Notes under the pieces: generated by a model
Database searches by the model: none
What the model was told of the DNA's origin: nothing
What the model saw: the letters and a program-made list of their open reading frames with translations, nothing else
Part shown: piece by piece, positions 26,903 to 37,373 of the stretch
Numbering within the stretch: the first letter of the stretch is position 1
How the letters are laid out: the number at the start of each line of letters is the position of its first letter
Source: Squalus acanthias
Lineage: Eukaryota
NCBI GenBank assembly: GCA_030390025.1
Contig: CM059432.1
Location: 42,534,001-42,598,000, forward strand
DNA length: 64,000 bases
Direction of reading: 5' to 3'
Translations under genes and position numbers: made by a program

Positions 26903-29900
26903 AGGGGGTGAAATTGGATAAAGACTAAAAACGGGCATGGGAAGCCCGAAGCGTGATGTGCCCACACCTGTTCAAAGTGGTGTAGGCAGCACGCAAGATT
27001 CGTGCTGCCTGCTTGTTATAATCATTGGAGCGCTGATCTCAGTGTTAAACCCACTGCTGGTTGGCTTAGCGCTGAACAGGGAGGCCAATATCGGGTGCAG
27101 TCTACTGGCCAATATAATTTGTCCTAGGCTCTCTGTACTACTTAAAGGGGAGGTGCTTTGTTGCAGAAGCACCTCATTGTCAGTCTGGATGAAGTCATGA
27201 CCCAACAGGGAAGAGAGAGAGCGAGGAGGTTTTCTGATGCGACACTGGAGGCCTTGGTCCTGGGGGTTCACAGATGACGTGAGGTCCTCTACCCGAAGGG
27301 TGGCAGGAGGCTTTCTAAGCAGCATACCAGAAGGCTGTGGGAGGAAATAGTCCAAGTTGTCAGTGCCACAAGTGTTGTCCCCAGGACCTGGATCCAGTGC
27401 CGCAAGAGGTTTAATGACCTCACGAGTGGTCAAGGTGGGTGAATGCATCTTCAATTGCCATATCCCACCAACTGCACCGCTAGCCTCACACACTGCTCAA
27501 TGCACCACACCCCCATCACTCACCTACCAACAATCTCTAGCAATCACCACTCATACCTCACAACCAGAGCTTCATGTCACCCTCACACACTTAGCACTGC
27601 TGCTAGACTCACACCCACATCTCACACCTTGCACACACTGCCAGCTATTGAACCATGGGAGGCACATCACTGAAACACATTGCACCAGACTCACTGACAC
27701 ATTGCCCTTTCTCTTGCCAGAAAAGGTGGCTCATAACTGCCGGGAGCAGCAGCAGACGGCTGGAGGGGAAGTCCGACTTCACAACCTCACGGAGCTGGAG
27801 GACACAGTGCTGGAGATCATTGGAGGGGCCGTCACTGAGGCCATGGCGATTGGCAAAGTTGAAAGCATTGCTCCTGATGACAGTATGCTCATACCTAATC
27901 CTTCTTCTCACATCCCACTTCCGCCTCATCCCACAATCTCTTACAAAAAATTACATAGGATTATATAGGATATACGGCACATAAACAGGCCATTCGGCCC
28001 AACCAGTCCATGCCGACGTTTATGCTCCACTCGAGCCTCCTCTCGTCTTTCCTCATCTAAATCTATCAGCATACCCCTCTATTCCCTTCTCCCTCATATG
28101 CTTATCTAGCCTCCCCTTAAATCCATCTATACTATTCGCTTCAACCACTCCCTGTGGTAGCGAGTTCCACATTCTCACCACTCTCTGGGTAAAGAAGTTT
28201 CTTCTGAATTCCCTATTTGATTTCTTGGTGACTATCTTATATTGATGGCCTCTAGTTTTGCTCTTCCCCACAAGCGGAAAGACTCTCTCTGTGTCTACTC
28301 TATCAAAACCTTTCATAATTTTAAAGACCTCTATTCGGTCACCCCTCAGCCTTCTCTTCTCACTTACAAGCTGCTGATGGTGTAAGCATGCACTTCTAGC
28401 TTCACCCCCCTCCCCTCACCACAACCGGATCCTTGTGCCTTTCTCCTTTCAGATACCCAAGAAGTCTCACCAGCCCAGCCTGTCCCCGAAATTATGGAGG
28501 AGGAGAGTGAAGGAGAAGAAGTGACATCGTCACTCAATCTGACATTCCCAGGCACCAAAATAGCACTGCGTGGACTTTAGAGGGTAGTATAGAGCTGGGA
28601 TCTGCACGTGGTGAGTCACCGGGCAGGAGTGGGCCACAGCCAGGCCAGGGGGAAATATTAGCTCGGGTACCAGCTCCCCGGAGGGCGAGTTCTGCTGCAC
28701 AGGGCTCAGATGATGACCTCGATGGGGCAGCCTTCAGACGAAGGGTGATGGGCATGCTTGGTGCAATGGCAAGTCTGCTAGAGAGCCTCTTGTCAGTGTC
28801 AAGGATCATGTACGAGTCTGGCTCCAACATTGCACGGGGTTTTGCAAGGAGCTTGGAGCCCATGATTTCCAAGCTTGTGGACCCAACCATGATGCAGGGT
28901 GTGATGGGCAATCTTGCAGCTTCCATTGCAGCACAGTCGGAAGCGACCTAATGTCTCAGTGCTGCAACGGAAGCTCAGACTGCTGTCCTGCAGTCTCAGC
29001 TTGCTGCATGCAAGATCAGACTGCTCTCATGCAGTCTCAGCTTGTTGCCACGCAAGCTCAGACTGCTGCCATCGTGGCTGGGTTTACGAGTGTGCAAAGG
29101 GGATTGCAGGGTCTCATAGCAGTCCAGCAATCTGTCCTCCAATAGATGGCTAGGAATGCTGAGGCACCACCCCAGGGGAGTGGCAGTGACTCCGTGGAAC
29201 AAGAACCTGCTGTCCTCTCTCAGGATGACAGCATTCCTACTCCCACCAATGCCACTCTGCAATTGCCCTAGCTGCTGCCTGTCATCCAGCCAGCCCAGAA
29301 TGCTGCTGCCCATGCCGAGGTGGTGCAGTCTACAACCGGGCCTTCTAGGCCCAGAGCTGCTCGAGGTCTTCCTGCAAGGCCATCTGCAGTTTCACCCACG
29401 CAAAATCAGCAGCCTTCCACTAGCCATGCTGCAGCCATGGGGGTAGCACTTCGTATGAGCACTAGAGTAGGCAAAAGAACACGAAAGGCAGACACTAAGG
29501 GAGTGCACAAGGGTGATTAGTTAACTTTGTTTTGTAGTGTTGGAATTGATAAATTTTATATTATGTTTGGAATGTTTGTTTTGTGGTTCCTCTCATTTCA
29601 GTTTTGTGCCCAGGAGAACGCTGTGATGTTCAGTGACAGAGGGATGGTAAGGTGGGAACGTGGTGAGCAATGGGGATCTGGGATTTCATTCATTGGTCTG
29701 ATGAGGCACTCACGGACAGCCTGCCACCTCCTCCTTTCCTCCTCCTCCTCCTCTTCCTCTGCCTCCGGCTCCTCCTCCTCCTGAGATAGTCCCAGAACCC
29801 GTGGTGACAAGGGCTGCACCCTCATGATGGCCAACTTATGGAGGATGCAGCAGACCACCACGAAATTCGACACCCGCTCCAGCATGTAATGGAGGGTTCA

Positions 29901-30835
29901 TCCCGACCAGTCAAGGCAGCGGACCCGTTGCTTTAACACCCCCGATGGTCTGCTCGATGAGGTTCCTCATGGCAGCATGGCTCTCATTGTGTGAGTGCTG
30001 GTCACAAGTGCTGGGGTTGCAGAGAGGAGTCATCAGCCTGGTGTAGAGCGGATAGCCTTGTCTCCGAGCAGCCACCCTCAGGTTTGATTTGGTGGCTGGA
30101 AGATTGCTGGCACACCGGACTAATGCAGGATGAAGGCATCATGACTGCTGCCTGGATACCGGGCATTCACTATCATGATGTGCAGGGCGTGGTCGCACAT
30201 CAACTGTACATTAAGTGAGTCTTAGCCTTTGCAGCTGCGATATAACTCAGGATTGATATGTGGTGCCCGCAAAGCCACATGTGTGCAGTCGATGGCGCCC
30301 TGCACCATGGGGTAGCCTGATATCCCGGCAAAGCCACATGCGCGCTCCTCCTGCTTCTCTCGGTTCAAAGAGAGGACAATGAAGTCCCTTCTCCTGGAGT
30401 GCAGAGCCTCTGTGACCTCCTGGATGCAGCGATGGACGGCAAACTGGGAGATGTTAGCTATGTCTCCTGCTCCAGATTGGAAGCATCCGGTGGCAAATAA
30501 ATTGAGGGCCACGGTGACCTTGAGGGCCACTGGCATCGCCATCATTGCCCTGCTCTGAGACTGCAGGTCTGGTTGCAGGGCAGAGTTCGGTGACTACCTC
30601 CTTGGTGAAGCAGAGCCTCCTAATACACTGCTCCTGGCTTAAGTGCAGGTAGGAGAATTGCTCCCTGAAGACCCTAGGTGGGTAAGGCCTCCTGCCGATA
30701 GCCCTCCGGCCCCTCCTCCTCCTCCCTCTGAGAGCATCTTGTCCTCTTCTTTGCTGCCTTTGCTCCATCTCCCTGTCATGCCCGAGCGCGAGGGTGACTA
30801 CAAGTAAAGCGCCCATGACTAGGAGCAAGTGGTGT
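26903..30835. mobile_element. PIF/Harbinger element: spliced Myb/SANT gene (+, ~27198-29520) convergent with transposase pseudogene (-, ~29680-30816); right end lost
   Basis: Left TIR GGGGGTGAAATT. Transposase motifs GAIDCTHV, NVQL, HDAFI, LGD and CCILH. GT/AG-bounded Myb exons at ~27435, 27721-27881 and 28453. Confidence 0.9.
27943..28360 (-). mobile_element. CR1 3' fragment inside the Harbinger intron
   Basis: ORF 28053-28316 (RRNFFTQRVV..WNSLP). Confidence 0.9.
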
Positions 30836-30882
30836 GCCTGGCAGCAGTCTCCATCCCAAGTGCTATTTTGAGAGCTTTAGCA

Positions 30883-32187
30883 CAGTGGTTCTCAAACATT
30901 TTTGGTTGTAGAACCCCTTTTCAAATGGATTAGTAATCATGGAACCCCCCCCCCCCCCCATCTAATTTATTATTGCCCCCTTGTATTGGTACTGTACCAG
31001 GATCTTCTGACAATGAATTGCAATATAGCTATGGTGACATTTACAAAACAGGAATCCCTTACAGTATCTATAAAATTATAGTCATTTTAAAGCAGTGATT
31101 TTTTTAAATTACAAATGCATTGGCTAATCAGTGTATTCCAGTACTGCCCAGATTATTATGTCAGACTTGCTCCTTGGCCAGCCCTTGACCCTGGATAGAC
31201 AGAACTAATGTATGTCCGACTTACGGGGCCTGTTCTTTTTGGTCATATTCTGGCGCTGCTGCAGCTGGCTGTTGTCGGGATGGGATCTTTGTTTACAGAC
31301 GGTCGGTTCCTCTCCGAACAGCTGCCCCTGCATTTTTCCACCTCCGACTCCTGTTGCTGGCGGTGGCATTACGGCCGCTGCTGGCCCAGTCTTAATCCCT
31401 CCCTCCTTCTCCTCTTCTTGTAGCGCACAGCTGCTGCTGCCGCCACCATGGTAACCATTCACCGCCCTGCTTTTTTTTACATCTTAATTTCCCCTTTATT
31501 AAATCAAAAACACCTATAACGTATTTGCGTGTTACATTTTAAGTTAACATAGTGTGACTTGTTCCGGCCCCTTTGTCTGAGTCAGTGGCCCTGGAAAGAG
31601 CCATTCTCTCGATCTGCCAAGTCTTTCGACTGCACGCCGGATGATGGAGTCTTTGTCATTTTTGTTACAGTTGGGCATCTGGCCACTCTCCTCATTCGCG
31701 CAGCTTTTCACTTGGCTGCCTTTCAGAACATGGTCGGGTTTCTTCCACGCCTGTCTGTCGAAGGTCTCTTCGGCTTCTTAGCAGATCTCTTGATCATGGC
31801 CGATCTCCTGGTGGCTTCCTGTCCCGACGCCGTCTCCTCCGCCGTGATCTCCAGGTTTTCGCTGAGCTTGACCGAACCCGAGGCGCTGGTGCCCGCCGTC
31901 TGCACCAGTGAGCCCTTGCTCACCAGGCTCTTGACCGCCCGGTTGACCTGTGAGTTGTTCCTCTCCAGGTTGTAGCCGCTGGTCGACAGCATCTTCTTCA
32001 CGGCGGCCACCAACAAGCCACGTGCTCCTTGGTGGCCACCACCGCCTTCATGATCTGCTCGGCCACCGTGCAGCTGAACTTCTCAGTAGCTCCCGACCAT
32101 TCCGCACCGGCTTGCTCTCCATCACCGATGGGAGTTTTCTTCGCGGACCCCCTGGAAAGTCTACGGACCCCAGTTTGAGAACCACTG
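30883..32187. mobile_element. Non-autonomous hAT (Charlie-like) element carrying captured host sequence
   Basis: Perfect 15-bp TIRs CAGTGGTTCTCAAAC / GTTTGAGAACCACTG and an 8-bp TSD CTTTAGCA (30875-30882) / CTCTAGCA (32188-32195). Confidence 0.92.
31560..32095 (-). pseudogene. Histone H1 (linker histone) pseudogene fragment
   Basis: TVAEQIMKAVVATKE/RGLLVAAVKKMLSTSGYNLERNNSQVNRAVKSLVSKGSLVQTAGTSASGSVKLS matches the H1 globular domain. It has a frameshift at ~32022, in-frame TGA stops, a basic tail and a stem-loop at 31587-31602. Confidence 0.88.
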
Positions 32188-33871
32188 CTCTAGCAGACAT
32201 GAATCTGTCTTCTACCAACAGTCTCCTCTGTGTCAACGTTTCCTTCAAACCACAGACAAAGCAGTCTCTTATTGCATCTTAAAACCCACCAAAGTCACAT
32301 GTTTTGGAGAGTTTCCTCAGTTCTTCCATAAACCGATAAATTGCCTCATCTGTTTAAACTTCAAGCACTCTGCAATAACGAATGGCTTCAGGCTCAAATG
32401 TTCTTTGACCACTTGGACTAACTCCTCATACATTTTGTCTTTAGGCCAAGCAATTTATATATTGCAGGCCTGCAGATAGTAAGCAAAATTGTTTTCTATT
32501 TGGTATCTATTGCAAGTTCATTTGCCACAAAATAAAAATTAAGTCTTTTTCCATACTCACTCCAGCCCGACCCCATTCGATAATCTCTGATTTTTCCAAC
32601 TAATGCTGACATGATTAAAAAAACGTTGTGGCAAGATAGACCACTACCTAAGTAACAAAGATATTCAATCTTTTTAACACTGTGCTTTCCGTTATCCTTG
32701 TCACCATTGTTATATCCAAATAAACACTCAATGATCGTGGTAATAACTAACTGCTTTTACTTCCAGCCATTCTAGAATATTCCTGTCAAAGAATAACAAA
32801 AGCAACACAAGTGTAGTTGCGACTATGTGCTTACTCCCATCAGGGGGCTACCTCGCGTCCAGTTAACAATACCCAAGTACCATACATATCACAGGAAAGA
32901 TGGGAAGGTAAACATTGAGGGGAAGAACCATTTCCTTGTCCCAGACCAGCTCTACATCTTTGTGGGGCTAATACTTGCAAAGGATGACAATTTCTTTGCT
33001 AAAACATGCAGTATAGCAGTGAGAGAGTGGGGGTATTTCTCGTAATATAAACTGAGCAAATTAACAAAATTACATTGTTGTAACTTTCACATTTCAAAGT
33101 CACATGTTACCACAATCTTGTTAGTTGTTCTTAATTATGGAAATAAACGGGCCTTCTCCTGTTTTCAGTTAAAAGACAAATTTCAGGCCAAGTGCTCTTT
33201 ATCTGGTTGTCAGTTCCTTTTTTCCTTCTGTGCGTCTCTGTAACTCAAATAATTGCATACTCTCCGGAGCCCACCGAGGTCCACCTGATGTGCTCTGAGG
33301 ACCTTCTTCTGTTCTTTCCAAGTGCTGAGTTGTACAGGTAGTACAGAAAACTTTTGTTTTTACGATCCAGCGAAACCCTGCTGTCTGGAACATCCCCAGA
33401 ATATGCCTGCAGCATGTTGGTTATGTTATCATATTGGCAGCCGTAGTTCCTGCATAAGGTTCCACTTCACATTTCTTTCAATGCGTACTAGTGTTATTCA
33501 CAATGCAGCTGCTGCAAGTCATTAATAACAAAAATCAGAAGCTCCCAAATGTGCTACTGTACTTTATACTTTGCAAGGCAGCTTAATTCATATTGAAAGA
33601 GCTGAGTAGTAAAAATGTTTCGTCTCTTGTGATGTGATTTAAGTTTTTATCAATTTCAATAAAATGTGCCTAGTTTCTTGGGTTACAATACATTACAACA
33701 GGATGTCAAAACGAAGGCTCATGGGCTACATCCAGCCCAAGAAGTCCTGGCAACTCAATACTATTTGTGCTCATATTTCTTACTTGATTTTTCTATTTGA
33801 ATTTCGTGGGAGATTTGGTAAATGTAAGTTTATTTGTTCTTACCATTATTGCCTCAAATGAACGAACAAAA

Positions 33872-34332
33872 CAAACTTGCATTTATATGGTGCCTTTCAC
33901 AACCTCAGGACACCCCAAAGTGCTTTACAGCCAATTAAGTACTTTTAAATTGTAGTCACTGTTGTAATGTAGGAAACACAGCAGACAATTTGCACTCAGC
34001 AAGGTCCCACGAACAGCAATGTGATAATGACCAGATAATCTGTTTTAGTGATGTTGCTTGAGAGATAAATGTTGACCAGGAGACCGGGGAGAACTCTCCT
34101 GCTCTTCTTCGAGATCGTGCCAATGGGATCTTTTACGTCCACCTGAGAGGGCAGACAGGGCCTCATTTTAACATCTCATCCGAAAGACGGCACCTCCGAC
34201 AGTGCAGCACTCCCTCAGTAATAAACCGGGGTGTCAGCCTAAATTTCATGCTCTAGTCTCTGGATTGGGGCTTGAAGCCACAAACTTCTGACTCAGAGGT
34301 GAAAGCGCTACCAACTGAGCCACGGTTGACAC
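33872..34332 (-). mobile_element. tRNA-derived DeuSINE (SacSINE1-like)
   Basis: A box GTGGCTCAGTTGG, B box (G/C)TTCAAGCCC, Deu domain GGAGGTGCCGTCTTTCGGATGAG, and an L2-like tail. Confidence 0.85.
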
Positions 34333-35794
34333 CTCAGAACATCAAGACCTGTTGTTAATTGCAGCATAAGATACATGTAAATTATTGGGAACATTGATTT
34401 AAACTTTGTACATGGTTCTCAAGCCTTCATGGTAGGAACCCAAGCAGCCCACAAAGATAAAAAGCTTAGACACTCGTGCATCACAGGGTACATTCATGGG
34501 GCATACATTGTGGGTCGCAGAGTTCTGCATTTTGGTAGTGCTCAATATTGAGAGCTGAGGGTCAGGATTTTTCCTTGGTCAAGGGTGGGGAGGAGTTCTT
34601 AGGCCAAGCAGGGAGAATGGATCACGGGGCTTGTTGGCCATTGGGACCGAATAAAGTTTGCACAGTGAAAATATTCTGGGACCTTTGGGGAGCTTTTTAA
34701 TATTAAAATACTGCAGGTATGCTTAAGTTTAGCTCAAAATTTAGACCAGTTGCCTTTCTTCTCGTCAGGAGAGACTTTCTATGAACACTCAGATCTTTGA
34801 ATTGACCTCATCATACTCAGGATATTTGACTGGAGACTATCTACGTTAATGAAGCACGGCTGGATCCAAACCGCTACCAAGTTTGGCATTAAAATTAATT
34901 TCACAGCAATGTTGGATCTAGTCACATTTAAGGTTTATTTCCAAAGAATTTCCCTGTGATTGCTCTCTTCTTATTACTTCAGTGATTGAACTATGACTTT
35001 GATTAATGTTAATGTTGCATGGGTTAGGTATTTGTATTATCAATCCAGCTCCCATCGGTGTTACCCACTGAGAAAGGAGAGAGGTGTTGGGAGATTGACT
35101 GGCATGAAGAGGAGCTTATCTCGACAGAATTTAAAGCATTAATGGACAAGAAGAAATGTAGTAGGTTCCAACTGAGGATAGACAGCTTGATTGAAAGGCA
35201 AGACTGCAAGTTCAGTTAAGTTGATATTCACTATTCTACATCATTATTAATATTAATGGTAGTCAGATGCACATTGAACATGTTTAAACATGAGTTTAAG
35301 CTTTATTTACAAATCTAAATTCATCAGACTTGGACCAATTGGATCTCTGCAATTTGTTCAGTTTTGATCAACTTGGACTTTGGCCGTCTCTGTCTGATTC
35401 TAGTTATTTTATTAGTTTGGAGCCAACTTCATTTTTCCTGTAGTTGATGAATCTTGCCAAAATGCTTTTATAGTTAGCTCACCTCAGTAATGAAACTGCA
35501 TAAAGATCTGTTCTCATTTTATGGGAAAACTGACATGAAATCTTAAATTCACTTTAGTGTTTTAAACACATATGTTCAGCATTTTCATGATTTCTTTCTA
35601 AAATATACACACACTCTTGTTATAAGGCTCACAGTTATAGTGCTATTGCATTGTTATAAAGCTGTTAATCCTCAGCTCCTAAATTTGTATATCATACCAG
35701 CAGATTTCTAGGTGTTGCTCATTGTGAATCAAAGGTTACACTGCTGTGAGGGAGGGAATTGCTGGAGTGTGGAAATGGGGAAGAGGTACACATA

Positions 35795-36259
35795 AAAAAA
35801 AGACTTGCATTTATATAGCGCCTTTCACAACCTCCGGACGTCCCAAAGTGCTTTACAGCCAATTAAGTACATTTGAAGTATCGTTACTATTGTAATATAG
35901 GAAACTCAGCAGCCAATTTGCACACAGCAAGCTCCCACAAACAGCAATGTGATAATGGCCAGATAATCTATTTTTTTTAGTGATGTTGATTAAGGAATAA
36001 ATATTGGCCAAAACACTGGAGATAACTCCCCTGTTCTTCTTCGAAATAGTGGCATGGCATCTTTTACGTCCACCTGAGAGAGCAGACATTGGTTTAATGT
36101 CTCATCTGAAAGTCGGCATCTCCGACAGTGCAGCACTCCCTCAGTACTGCACCAGGGTGTCAGCCTATATTTTTGTGTTCAAGTCTCTGGAGTGGGGCTT
36201 GAATCCACAACCTTCTGACTCAGAGGTGAGAGTGCTACCAACTCAGCCATGGCAGACAC
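35795..36259 (-). mobile_element. tRNA-derived DeuSINE (SacSINE1-like)
   Basis: Homologous over its full length to 33872-34332. Confidence 0.85.
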
Positions 36260-36680
36260 TGTTGCTACTTATATCCCAATGAAGTAGAAGCAAGGATGTG
36301 GTACAGGTCAGCCTCATAATCCTGGTTCTGACATGCGGGCCTAGGTTTTCTGACTCCCTCCTCCCAGCCCCACCTTGGTTGAGGTGCATCTCAAGTGAGA
36401 TGGGACTTTTGCCCGTCCCGAAGATGCCCTACTGACTCTGGCTATATTTTTGGACTGGGGGAGGGGGTGGGGGAGAGGGGTAATTTACATGTGGCCGATG
36501 GGCTGGAGGTCAGAGACTTGCTGCAGTACGCATTAGGGGGCCTAACAAAGCAGATGCAAAGCTGCCTGCTAATTTCCTCTCCCACCCCCAGGAAAAATAA
36601 TGTTATTGATAGGGCCCCGTGTACATTTTCACTCCGATCTCAGGTACTGGTGGAATCAAGATTTTATTGCGAAGATTAAC

Positions 36681-36968
36681 ATTAGTGATGTTGATTAAGG
36701 AATAAATATTGGCCAGGACACCGGAGATAACTCCCCTGCTCTTCTTCGAAATAGTGCCATAGGAACTATTATGTTCACCTGAGAGAGCAGATGGGTCTCA
36801 GTTTAAAGTCTCATCCAAAGGATGGCACCTCCGACAGTGCAGCACTCCCTCAGTACTGCACTGGGGTGTCAGCCTAGATTTTGTGCTCAAGTCTCTAGAG
36901 TGGGACGTGAACCCACAACCTTCTGACTCAAAGACAAGAGTGCTACTAACTGAGGCACGGCAGACACT
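36681..36968 (-). mobile_element. DeuSINE, 3' part missing
   Basis: Homologous to 35978-36259. Confidence 0.8.
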
Positions 36969-36971
36969 TGT

Positions 36972-37369
36972 TTTTTTTAATTCATTCACGGGATGTGGAC
37001 GTGGCTGGCAAGGCCAGCAGTAATTGCCCATCCCTAATTGACCTCGAGAAGCCGCTTTCTTGAATACAACTGAGTGGCTTGCTAGGCCATCTCATAGGGC
37101 AGTTAAGAGTCAACCACATGTGGGTCTGGAGTCACATATAGACCAAACCGGGTAAGGATGACAGATTTCCTTCCCTAAAGGACATTAGTGAGCCAGATGG
37201 ATTTTTTACGACAATCTGGTAGTTTCATGGTCGCCATTACCAATACTAGCTTTTTATTCCAGATTTATTTAATTATTTTGAATTTAAATTCCCAAGCTGC
37301 CGTGGTGGGATTTGAACTCATGTCTCTGGATTACTAGTCCAGTAATATAACCACTATGCTATCGTACCC
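36972..37369 (-). mobile_element. tRNA-headed SINE sharing both ends with the LINE at 49452-52566
   Basis: Head TAGCATAGTGG…GAGTTCAAATCCC. Body matches 52295-52562 and tail matches 49452-49545. Confidence 0.8.
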
Positions 37370-37373
37370 ATGT

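Larger units (their letters stand above)
23617..32891 (-). mobile_element. Decayed Gypsy LTR retrotransposon with nested insertions
   Basis: LTRs at 32708-32891 and 23617-23707 (TG…CA), TSD CAGG on both sides, PBS-like TGGTGACAAGG (32706-32696) and PPT at 23708-23721. Gag remnants at 32188-32615 and 30836-30882, CCHC-knuckle remnant at ~26860-26900, protease FELDTGA at ~25170-25190, pre-RT segment at 24636-24893. Confidence 0.88.

Noticed and set aside
31440..31452. Perfect Kozak GCCGCCACCATGG on the + strand
   Set aside because: It leads to only a ~23-codon frame and is better explained as the antisense of the captured GC-rich exon.
30883..32187. hAT element nested in the Harbinger
   Set aside because: Both flanks translate as contiguous Gypsy gag, so the target was the Gypsy element.
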